Source: a bacterium (GTDB lineage: Bacteria; Krumholzibacteriota; Krumholzibacteriia; G020349025). Taken from it: DNA of 64,000 nt. The stretch is from the NCBI GenBank assembly GCA_031362565.1, contig JANLSU010000050.1:17588-81587 (forward strand), written 5' to 3'. The position numbers and the translations under genes were made by a program. Positions 18,876-27,563 of the stretch are shown here, in pieces (position 1 is the first letter of the stretch; each line of letters starts with the position of its first letter). Below the pieces are notes generated by a model, which did not search any database, was not told where the DNA came from, and saw nothing but the letters and a program-made list of their open reading frames with translations.

Positions 18876-20168
18876 TCAGAACGACACAGTGCCCTGCGCG
18901 TAGAACCAGTACGAGTTGTCGGCCTTCGTCGAGCCCACCGGCGCCGGGACGGCGTCACCGGGCATGAACGCGCTCACGCCCACGGTCGGCATGAAGCGTT
19001 CGCGATAGGCCCACGTGCCGTGCACGTCGACTTCGTTGCCGAGGGCGTTGCTGGCCGTTCCGGCCTCCGCCAAACGGAAGTTGTGGAACTCGCCACCCAC
19101 GGCGAACGAGTTGTACTCGTTGCTCCACACCGTCGCCTTGGCGTTGACCTTGATATCCTGCAAGCCGCCCGATGCGACGCTCGAGCTGCTCGCCGGTTGC
19201 ACCACGTCCATGAGGCCATAGAACGTGTGGTTGTCGCCGAACAGCGTGTTGAACGCCTTCTGCTTGTTGTCGGTGCCGTTGTCGTCGCCCGACAGCAGGT
19301 CCACGCCGGCGCCGAAGCGCACCGGACGTGCCTCGTTGCCCAACGTCACGCCGACCTCGCCGCCCACCATATAGGCGCCGATGTCGTTCTGAGTCGACGG
19401 ACCGGTGTCCTGCGAACCCATCTGGTACGCGCCTTCGACGCTGTAGTCGAACTGCGTCGCGGCCTTGCCATGGACGCGGCCACCCAGCGTGAAGGTGTCC
19501 ATGTTGTCGTCCGGGGTCACGGCGCCCTTGTCGCGCTCGTTGATCGCGTAGACGTCGACATTGGCGTTGTCGTTGACGCCGAACGTCCCGAACCCAGCCT
19601 GCATCGTCGCGTCGGTCTTGTTCTGGAAGTCCGGCGAGCCGATGGACGGCGTGTCGTTCTCGGCCAAGTTCGCCCACAGCAACTGGCCGTTGAAACGGCC
19701 ATGGTTCACGGTCGCCATCGCGCCGTCGAACGACGTGGAGACGTTGTTCCACGCGTCCGGCGCGATCAAGCGCTCGTTGCCGAAGCTGACTTCCATGCGG
19801 CCGGCCTTGATGCCGAAGCCCTGCCACCCCAGGTTGTTCACCTGGAAGAAGCCCTGATGCAGATCGAGGTTACCGTTCTCCTGCACGCCCGGCGTCGTCG
19901 ACGACGGCACCTGGCCCTGCACGCGTGAGTCCTGCACCTGCACGAACACACTCATGTCGGCCGCTGGATGCACATTGATCCCGATGCGCGTCCGCATCAG
20001 GCTGAAGCTCTTCATGTCGGTATTGCTGTTGAAGTCACGATTGTCGTTTTCATTGCGCACCCGAAGCTCGCCGTTGATTTCGAACGGTGTCGCCGTCGGG
20101 TCCGCAACTGCGGCGCCGGCACACGCCAGAACCGCGACGGAAGTCACCAGCATCGACTTGAACTTCAC
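18876..20168 (-). CDS. Alginate-export (AlgE-like) family outer-membrane beta-barrel protein
   Basis: Signal peptide; GELRVR.E, RTR.G, VQ.QDSR, LDLHQ, GRME..FGNERL....W, SGD, F..LFG..H.FYG.MD, LG.EVD; terminal Phe. Confidence 0.8.
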   Translation of the reverse strand: MKFKSMLVTSVAVLACAGAAVADPTATPFEINGELRVRNENDNRDFNSNTDMKSFSLMRTRIGINVHPAADMSVFVQVQDSRVQGQVPSSTTPGVQENGNLDLHQGFFQVNNLGWQGFGIKAGRMEVSFGNERLIAPDAWNNVSTSFDGAMATVNHGRFNGQLLWANLAENDTPSIGSPDFQNKTDATMQAGFGTFGVNDNANVDVYAINERDKGAVTPDDNMDTFTLGGRVHGKAATQFDYSVEGAYQMGSQDTGPSTQNDIGAYMVGGEVGVTLGNEARPVRFGAGVDLLSGDDNGTDNKQKAFNTLFGDNHTFYGLMDVVQPASSSSVASGGLQDIKVNAKATVWSNEYNSFAVGGEFHNFRLAEAGTASNALGNEVDVHGTWAYRERFMPTVGVSAFMPGDAVPAPVGSTKADNSYWFYAQGTVSF

Positions 20169-21020
20169 TGCATTGCCTTTCGGTGAGGTACGACTTCGGC
20201 GGCAACCTGCGCGTCGAAGTGGACCGGTCGGCGCTCCCTTGACCATCGCTCGCGCCCGACGCGATCTTTTGCAAGCGGCACCCAAGGGCCGCTCGCAGTT
20301 CACCGAGGCGCGCCCGCGGCGCTGCCTCGAGAATCCACCGTCACGGAGCCATCGCCCTCACCCCCTCCGCCTCTCGCCACCCCTGGCGACGGTGCGTCGC
20401 CGCATGCGGCACGAACCGTTCGAAGCGGAGCGCATGAAAGCAGTGCGATCGATGAGTGCGCAAACGGATCTGCGCGGCGGAGTGCATTCGGGGCACTCGA
20501 CTCTGTCTCGACCGCTTCGCCAGACGGCTCCAGAGCCCGCTTGACGACCTGGGTGCTGGCTGGTTCTTGTCCGGGGCTCGGCAGCAGGTCACCCTGCTTC
20601 ACGGACGACGGGGTCGCGAATTCAAGTTCCGCGCACCCTGAACCGCAGCTCGATCAGGGTGGGGAAATGCAAGCGCACGTCCAACGTCGCGTGTGGAACC
20701 GGCGCCGGCTTTGGATGTCGTTGCAGCTTCGACAGCCGCGGCGCCGCGCGGTGCGTGAGGCTGGCGTGTCTGGCCGGTGCAGGCGCGGTACAGCCCGGCC
20801 CGGATGCGGGTGTTAATTTGCCGGACCCCGGCCGACGTTTCACGGCGCCGCGCCGCGCGCCGCATCTCCAGATGCGGTTCCGGCGGAGCAAAGGTGGCGC
20901 GCTGCAGCCTCGGCGGGAGAGGACGCAACTGACCACGGATGGGCCGCACATCATCGTTCGATCGAGATGCATGAAAAATATCCGCCGGGCACTGTCGGGA
21001 AGGGCCTGGACGCCGAAACG

Positions 21021-22292
21021 TCAGTGGCCCCGCACGCCCGGGGCCGGTGTGAGCGCACTCGCTGCGAGCGCGGCGCGCAGATCGCGCAGTATGTCGCCCG
21101 GATGTTCGAGTCCAATCGACAAGCGCACACCGGCGGCCTCGACGGCATCGGGGCAAGCGCTGTGCGTCATCCAACGCGGCATTTCCACCAGCGTCTTCAC
21201 GTGGCCAAGGCTGACGGCGAGCGTCACCGCATAGGCATGCTGCGCCAGGTGATCGACGAAGCGCGCCGCATCGGCGCGGGCCGCGTCGAGTTCGAAGTAG
21301 ATCATGCTGCCGGGCGCGAAGCCGCCGTCGGGCGTCCGCAACAGTTTCGCCGCCAGCGCGCGCTGTGGGTAACTTGCAAGCCCGGGATAGCGCACGCAGC
21401 GCACCGCCGGTTCTAACTCGAGTGCGGTGGCGATAGTGAGCGCGCTGGCCTGCTGGCGTTCGAGCCGGATCGCCAGCGTCGGCAGCCCGTGCACGAGCAC
21501 CGACCAGGCGCTTTGCGCCGCGAGCACGCCGCCAAAATCCTTGCGGTAGACGCGGACCTCGGGCGCCAGGTCCGCTTTCACGAGCACCGCGCCGCCCAGT
21601 TCGGTCCCGAAACCGCCGATGTTCTTGGTGAGGCTGTGCACGACGACGTCGGCACCCCAGGCCGCCGGGCGCATGCAATAGGGCGTCGCAAACGTGTTGT
21701 CGACGACGATCTTGGCGTGGCACCCGGACGGATGCGCATCGATGATCGCGCGGATGAGCGGCACATCGAAGATTTCCAGGCTGGGATTGACGATGGTCTC
21801 GAAGAACACCACGCGGGTCGATGGTTCGAGCGCCTCGGCAAGTTCGTGGGGCCGCGACAAGTCCACTTGCGTGACCCGCAGGCCCAAGCGCGGAAACCAG
21901 CGGTCGAAGAGCGACTGCGTGCACCCATACAATGTGCGGTGCGCGACGATGTGATCGCCGGTGCGCAGCAGGCACCCGAGCGCCGCCGCAATCGCCGCCA
22001 TTCCGGATGCGAAGCACACCCCGGCGTCCAGACCCTCGGCATCGGCGAGCGCATCCTCGAGCATGCCGCGCGCGGGCTCGTCGAGCCGGTCATAGATGTA
22101 GACGGGCTGTTCGCTGTCCTGCCCGTATTCCTGGAAGCCGCGCGCGCCGCGGCCGGTCGTTTCGAGCCGGTAGCTGGAGGAAGCCGAGATCGGCGGCACC
22201 ACGTGGTGCGAGAAATCCCAGCGTTTGCTACGGGATTCGCCGTGCAGCCAGCGAGTGAGCGGGTGATAGGCCGTTTGCCGAGGCGTCTTCAT
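21021..22292 (-). CDS. PLP-dependent trans-sulfuration enzyme (methionine gamma-lyase / cystathionine gamma-synthase family)
   Basis: VVPPI, Y.Y.R, FASGMAAI, YGCT, FFET..NP, VVDNTF.TP, VHSLTKNIGG, AVSLG, RLSIGLE; GGAGG RBS. Confidence 0.9.
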   Translation of the reverse strand: MKTPRQTAYHPLTRWLHGESRSKRWDFSHHVVPPISASSSYRLETTGRGARGFQEYGQDSEQPVYIYDRLDEPARGMLEDALADAEGLDAGVCFASGMAAIAAALGCLLRTGDHIVAHRTLYGCTQSLFDRWFPRLGLRVTQVDLSRPHELAEALEPSTRVVFFETIVNPSLEIFDVPLIRAIIDAHPSGCHAKIVVDNTFATPYCMRPAAWGADVVVHSLTKNIGGFGTELGGAVLVKADLAPEVRVYRKDFGGVLAAQSAWSVLVHGLPTLAIRLERQQASALTIATALELEPAVRCVRYPGLASYPQRALAAKLLRTPDGGFAPGSMIYFELDAARADAARFVDHLAQHAYAVTLAVSLGHVKTLVEMPRWMTHSACPDAVEAAGVRLSIGLEHPGDILRDLRAALAASALTPAPGVRGH

Positions 22293-22519
22293 GGTGGTTC
22301 CTCCTGCAAGACACGGTGCAACCGGTACGCCGGGAAGCGCCTGGAAACCCGGTGCAGTTCGCCGTGCCGCCGTTGCCCAAGCCGCCGTGACTGCGACCCG
22401 GCGCCCCAGCCGCCGCCCGCACCCCTGCCGCCGCGGCCGCGCGCCTTCCCCCGCGGGATGCCCACAACCAGCTGTCTGGAAGACGTTTAACTGCGCACCG
22501 GGAGCTCGCTCGGGGCCTC

Positions 22520-22532
22520 TTGAACAATTCAA
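22520..22532. promoter_or_regulatory. Palindromic candidate operator TTGAA-N3-TTCAA in a divergent intergenic region
   Basis: AT-rich perfect inverted repeat in a GC-rich context between divergent genes. Confidence 0.4.
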
Positions 22533-22601
22533 ATGGAACAGCCTGGTGGGGTGGTCCGTACTGGTCGCAGGACACTGAACCGAGGCCAAGGGAGAACGCC
22601 G

Positions 22602-24266
22602 ATGCGCCGCTCGATCGCGATTGCCGCCGCCGCAGTTTTTTGCGCCGGGTGCCACACGCAGGACGTTGCCCCGCCGGCGCTCGCGCGCCCGATCGAAGCG
22701 CTGCCGAGCGGCGCGCGCGCCGTACTCCTGGCCGCTGATTTGCGCAACACGTGGCAGCGTGTCGAAGCGCACGACCTGCGGTCGATTCTCAGCGAGTTGC
22801 CGGGGTCCGCGCCACTCCTGCGCGACTCGACGCTCATCAAGCTCGAAGCGGCGTGCAGCGAGTTCGAACGGCGCACCGGTACGCGCCTCCACGAGGACGT
22901 GGTGCTGAACTTGGTGGGCGGCCGTGCCGGGGTCGGACTCTATGGCCATCGCAACGATGCCAACGATATTGCGCTGGTCGGAGAACTGCGCGATCCGGCG
23001 CGCTTTCGTGCCGGCATCGAGGCGTTGAGCCGCGAACCACTCGAGTCGATTCGCGTCGAAGCAGCGACGTTCGAAGGGCTCGCCGGTTGGCGCGTGAGCG
23101 GCGACCGCGGCACTTCGGTCTTGGTGGTCGAGCGCGATGGATTCGTAGCCCTGGCGACGCGCGACGAATTGGTGCACGCCGCGCTCGAACTGCGCGGCGG
23201 TGCCGGCAATGGCAATGCCTCGGCGCTCGCCGACACCGCGATCGCTGCCGGACTGCGGGCGATTGGCCCCCACAACATCATCGGGGTCGCGGCGCACAAC
23301 GGCGGCTGGATGGCGCAGGCATTCACGTGGGATGGCACCGGCCTGCATTTCGATCACGCCTCATCGGCGCCCGCCGCACCGGCGCCGGCGCTCGCGAGTG
23401 AATCGCGCCGCGCCGAGATTTTGAGGTCGATTCCCGATGGCATGACGTTCGCAGCCTATGCGCGCACCCCCGATCTCGATTTGGGCGGAGCGCTGGGCTC
23501 GGCGCTCCGCACCGGCATCGGCACACCCACATTCCGTTCAATCTCGACTCAGGACAATTCGGTCTCGACCCAAGAGAATTCGATCGCCACCCAAGGCAAT
23601 TCCGTCGCCACTCAGCCCGGCGTTTGGGTACCGCCCTTTTTGCCCGGAGAAATGCGCGATTGGATGGGCGATGAGATCGGGATCGCGGTGCGCGGTGTCG
23701 AGCCGACGCAACTTGCACCGGTGCCGGACATGGCACTCGTGTTCGAAGTGCGCGACGCCGCCGCGGCAACCGCGGGCTTGCGCGAACTCGAGGGACGGCT
23801 CGCCTCGATGCCGCTCGGTCCGGCCGCGGCCGGGTTCACCGACATCACGTATGGCGGCCGCACGTTCCGCAGCTTCGCGCAGCCGTTCGCCGAGCGCATC
23901 AGTCCAAGTTGGATCGTCGATGGCGACGTGGCGATCTTGACCTCGACGCGGACTCTCATGCAGCAGATCATCGACACGCGCCGCACCGGCCGGCGCAATG
24001 TGCAGAGTGATGGCGCCTTCCGCGGTTTCAAAGCCTTCGTGCCCGATGCTGCGAGCGCCATCGTCTATGCCGACGATCGCCGCCTGCATCACGTGGTGCA
24101 ACAACTCGACGACTCCGCGGCACTCTGGGGCCCGCACGTCGCCCGCGGCATTCAAGAAGTCGAGCGTTGGTCAGGCCTGCTCGAACACTTTCCGTCCGGC
24201 GCCGCCTACGTGATCCGCGACGGCAAGACGCTCGCAGTCCGTGGCTGGATGACGGAGTCGGACTAA
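22602..24266 (+). CDS. Hypothetical lipoprotein (DUF3352-like)
   Basis: Lipobox CAG-C; two repeated mixed alpha/beta halves (W.GDE...., LVFEVRD); GGGAG RBS. Confidence 0.65.
   Translation: MRRSIAIAAAAVFCAGCHTQDVAPPALARPIEALPSGARAVLLAADLRNTWQRVEAHDLRSILSELPGSAPLLRDSTLIKLEAACSEFERRTGTRLHEDVVLNLVGGRAGVGLYGHRNDANDIALVGELRDPARFRAGIEALSREPLESIRVEAATFEGLAGWRVSGDRGTSVLVVERDGFVALATRDELVHAALELRGGAGNGNASALADTAIAAGLRAIGPHNIIGVAAHNGGWMAQAFTWDGTGLHFDHASSAPAAPAPALASESRRAEILRSIPDGMTFAAYARTPDLDLGGALGSALRTGIGTPTFRSISTQDNSVSTQENSIATQGNSVATQPGVWVPPFLPGEMRDWMGDEIGIAVRGVEPTQLAPVPDMALVFEVRDAAAATAGLRELEGRLASMPLGPAAAGFTDITYGGRTFRSFAQPFAERISPSWIVDGDVAILTSTRTLMQQIIDTRRTGRRNVQSDGAFRGFKAFVPDAASAIVYADDRRLHHVVQQLDDSAALWGPHVARGIQEVERWSGLLEHFPSGAAYVIRDGKTLAVRGWMTESD
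23538..23621 (+). repeat. Degenerate 21-nt tandem repeat x4 (heptapeptide S-[IV]-[SA]-T-Q-x-N)
   Basis: SISTQDN SVSTQEN SIATQGN SVATQPG, in frame inside the lipoprotein. Confidence 0.85.
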
Positions 24267-24300
24267 GGCGCCGCGGGTTCTCGAGGTGCCACAGTGCTCT

Positions 24301-25938
24301 CTAGCGCGCCGCTGAGGCGCCGATGCGCTCCAGCAGGTTTCGACAATTGCGGATTTCAGCCTCGCGAGTTGCGGCGTCCCAGCCGAGCTCGCGGCTGAAG
24401 ATGGCCGCGATGATCTCGAGGTCGGCAATGCCGTTGCCGGGTTCGAATGCCGTGCCCGAGCGGCGCAGGAACCAATCCTCGAGACGCAGCGCGAACTCGT
24501 GGCGGACGGCGTAGGCCACCTCGGCCGGATGAAAGCGGACAGGCGTTTCGGGCCCGGTCGCCGGCGCGGCGGGTGCCGCGGCTGCCAACGCCGCGATGGC
24601 TGCGGCGCGCGTGCCGTAGAGCGTCAACCACCGCGCCGCCATCGCGGTCTCGACGCGGGCGTAGGCGGCGAGTTCGGCGGCTTTCGCCTGGAACTGTGCA
24701 CCGCGTTGCCAGTGTTCCTCGGGTGACCATGCGAAGTCGCCGCCGGGCAATGGCGTGGTGCGCGTGCGGCACGCGGCGCGGCGGCCGAGGGATGGTTCGA
24801 TGCGATCGACGACCGACTCGGCGACGGCGCGATACGTCGTGTACTTGCCGCCGACGACGGCGAAGAGTCCGGGCACCGGTTGCAGGATGGCATGCTCGCG
24901 GCGGCGGGCCGAGGCGTCACCAGTGGCGCGCAGGAGCGGCCGCAAGCCGGCGAATGCCGCCACGACGTCGTGCCGCAACAATCCTGCCGCCGGGAAGAAA
25001 CGGTTCGCTTCGGCGAGCAGATATTCGATCTCGGCTTCCGTCGGTTCGACGGCTTCGGGAAGCCCCGCGTCCTCGACGTCGGTCGTGCCGACCAGTGTTC
25101 CCTCGCCCCAAGGCAGGGCGAAGAACACCCGGCCGTCGCGCTCGGCGGCGAGCGTGAAGGCGCGCTCGCCAAGCCGCCGTACGACAATGTGGGTGCCGCG
25201 CGTCGGCGCGACCGCCGGCTGCGTGCCGGGAATCGCCGCCAGGAGCGCATTGGTCCACACGCCGGTGCAGGCGACGACGCAACGGGCGTTCCACGTGGCG
25301 CGGTCCCCGGACACGGAGTCGTGGATTTCGACGCCACGCGCGCCGGCGCCCGCCCCACTGCCGTCGAGATCGATCCGCGTCACTGTCGCGCGGCTCAGCA
25401 CGACCGCACCGGCTTCGCGCGCCGCGACGACATTCGCCAGCACGAGCCGCGCATCGTTCATCGCCGCGTCGTAGTACAGCGCCGCGCCCCGCAAGCCGTC
25501 GCGCCGCAGGTTCTCGCTCCACGCCTCCGGATGGCGCATTGACAGGACGCGATGCCGGCGCACATTGCGAAATGCCGCCAGCAGATCGTAGAGCCACATG
25601 CCGGCCCGCAACCGCCACAGACCGACACGGCCACCGGCGTACACCGGAAAGACGAAGGGCAACGGGCGCACGAGATGCGGGGCGAGCTGCAGCAGGCGGC
25701 GGCGCTCGTGACACGCCTCCCACACCAAGCGGATCGCCCCGTGCTCCAGGTAGCGAATGCCGCCATGCACGAGTTTGGATGTCCGCGAACTCGATCCAGA
25801 TCCGAAATCGTATTGCTCGACGAGGGCGACGCGAAAACCGCGCAGGGCGGCGTCACGTGCGACTCCGGCGCCATTGATACCGCCGCCGATGATCACCAGA
25901 TCGAAGTCGCGCGGCAGGTCTGCAAGCCGCTCATGCAT
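24301..25938 (-). CDS. glpD: FAD-dependent glycerol-3-phosphate dehydrogenase
   Basis: IIGGGINGAG.ARDAALRG, SSRTSKLVHGGIRYLE, DARL, GTTD, GLRPL, GGKYTTYR; follows glpK. Confidence 0.93.
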   Translation of the reverse strand: MHERLADLPRDFDLVIIGGGINGAGVARDAALRGFRVALVEQYDFGSGSSSRTSKLVHGGIRYLEHGAIRLVWEACHERRRLLQLAPHLVRPLPFVFPVYAGGRVGLWRLRAGMWLYDLLAAFRNVRRHRVLSMRHPEAWSENLRRDGLRGAALYYDAAMNDARLVLANVVAAREAGAVVLSRATVTRIDLDGSGAGAGARGVEIHDSVSGDRATWNARCVVACTGVWTNALLAAIPGTQPAVAPTRGTHIVVRRLGERAFTLAAERDGRVFFALPWGEGTLVGTTDVEDAGLPEAVEPTEAEIEYLLAEANRFFPAAGLLRHDVVAAFAGLRPLLRATGDASARRREHAILQPVPGLFAVVGGKYTTYRAVAESVVDRIEPSLGRRAACRTRTTPLPGGDFAWSPEEHWQRGAQFQAKAAELAAYARVETAMAARWLTLYGTRAAAIAALAAAAPAAPATGPETPVRFHPAEVAYAVRHEFALRLEDWFLRRSGTAFEPGNGIADLEIIAAIFSRELGWDAATREAEIRNCRNLLERIGASAAR

Positions 25939-27415
25939 CGGCCACGCGCCGCACTGCCGCCTGCCACGCACCCAAGAGCGCCTGGCGCCGGCCGGCCTCG
26001 ATCCCGGGTTCGAAGCGGCGTGCGGTGCGCCGCGCCCGGCCGAGTTCCGCCGCATCGGTCCAGAACCGCGCCCCGAAACCGGCTAAGAAGGCGGCGCCGA
26101 GCGCCGTTGTTTCGATCTGTTCCGGGCGATCGACCACGAGGCCCAACACATCGGCTTGGAACTGCATCAAGAAGTTGTTCTGTGAGGCGCCACCATCGAC
26201 CCGCAGCGGTCCGAATGCGGCCGCGGCATCCGCGGCGCGCACGTCGGCTTGCATGGCGTTGCACACATCCCACGTCTGATACGCCATCGCTTCGAGTGCG
26301 GCCCGGCAAACGTGCGCGCGCGTCGAACCACGCGTCAGCCCGAAGAGCGCACCGCGCGCATTCTGCACCCAGTGTGGTGCTCCCAAGCCGGTAAAAGCCG
26401 GCACCAACACGACGCCGCCGCTGTCCTCGACGGTTTGTGCCAAGTGTTCGCATTCCTGTGCGTCGGCGATCAATCCGAGTCCGTCGCGCAACCACTGCAC
26501 GGCGGCACCGGCGGTGAACACCGCGCCCTCTAGTGCATAGGCCGGTTCGCCGCCCGCGCCGCACGCCAGCGTCGTCAACAGGCCATGGCGCGATTCGAGC
26601 GCCCGGCCGCCGGTATTCAGCATCAAGAAACAGCCCGTGCCGTAGGTGTTCTTCCAATCGCCCGGCGCGACGCATTGCTGTCCGAAGAGCGCCGCTTGCT
26701 GGTCGCCTGCCACACCCAGGATCGGCAGTCCATCCGGCAGCGGATCCACGCCCCGCACGCTGCCGTAGTCCGCCACCGAAGGCCGCACGTCCGGCAACCA
26801 GGCGCGCGGCACGCCGAATGCCTGCAGCAATTCGTCGCTCCAACGCCGCTCGTGAATATCGAAGAGCAGGGTGCGTGAAGCATTTGTGAAGTCGGTGGCG
26901 TGTTGCGTTCCGCCGGTGAAACACCACAGGAGCCACGTGTCGACCGTACCGCACGCGAGTCCGGCGGGATCCAGCCCTTGATCGAGCCACCAGCGCAACT
27001 TGCTGGCCGAGAAATAGGCGTCGAGGACCAAACCGGTGCGGCGCCGCACTTCGGGTTCGAGGCCCGCACTTCGCCAGGCGTCACATTGTGCGGCCGTGCG
27101 CCGGTCCTGCCACACCAGAGCCCGCGCCGCGGGTGTGCCGGTGGCGCGATTCCAAACGACGGTCGTCTCACGCTGATTGGTGATGCCAAGCGCGACCGCG
27201 GCGCGTGGATCGAGCCCCAGATAGAGTTCGGCGAGAACCTGGCGCGTCGCGGCCCAGATCTCGAGCGCGTCGTGCTCGACCCAGCCCGGTTGTGGGAAGT
27301 ACTGCGGAAATTCGCGCCAGGCACGCGCCAGAGTGCGGCCATCGTGTGCGACCGCAAGCGCCGTCACGCCGGTCGTGCCGGCATCGAGACCGACGATGTG
27401 CGGAGTCTTTTCCAC
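25931..27415 (-). CDS. glpK: Glycerol kinase
   Basis: LDAGTT, PQPGWVEHD, ITNQRETT, WQDRRT, YFSASK, GDQQAALFGQ, KNTYGTGCF, DGGA, ETTALGAA. Confidence 0.96.
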   Translation of the reverse strand: MEKTPHIVGLDAGTTGVTALAVAHDGRTLARAWREFPQYFPQPGWVEHDALEIWAATRQVLAELYLGLDPRAAVALGITNQRETTVVWNRATGTPAARALVWQDRRTAAQCDAWRSAGLEPEVRRRTGLVLDAYFSASKLRWWLDQGLDPAGLACGTVDTWLLWCFTGGTQHATDFTNASRTLLFDIHERRWSDELLQAFGVPRAWLPDVRPSVADYGSVRGVDPLPDGLPILGVAGDQQAALFGQQCVAPGDWKNTYGTGCFLMLNTGGRALESRHGLLTTLACGAGGEPAYALEGAVFTAGAAVQWLRDGLGLIADAQECEHLAQTVEDSGGVVLVPAFTGLGAPHWVQNARGALFGLTRGSTRAHVCRAALEAMAYQTWDVCNAMQADVRAADAAAAFGPLRVDGGASQNNFLMQFQADVLGLVVDRPEQIETTALGAAFLAGFGARFWTDAAELGRARRTARRFEPGIEAGRRQALLGAWQAAVRRVADA

Positions 27416-27563
27416 GCGCCACCTCTTGGTTGCCACCTTAGCGGCGCCACCGAGCGCTCGCAAGCACGGGCCGTGCGTTGCTGCCGAAGCGCGCCGATGG
27501 TACGCTGCCAGGCCGGAGCGCGACCCCCACGCTTCGCGCCGCATGGTCCGGAGGTCGTCGTCG

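Noticed and set aside
20600..20680. 6S RNA or a known riboswitch
   Set aside because: Only a short CCCTGAACC...TCAGGGTGGG resemblance; no long closing stem and not in the usual gene context, so no family is assigned.
22293..23357. N-terminal extensions in the ORF track (778-aa lyase, and similarly glpK, thiolase, crotonase, yggS, clpX)
   Set aside because: They overlap other genes or promoters and lack homology; downstream starts, most with an RBS, match normal family lengths.
23538..23621. CRISPR array
   Set aside because: Contiguous degenerate coding repeats without spacers; no repeat-spacer array or cas gene seen anywhere in the window.
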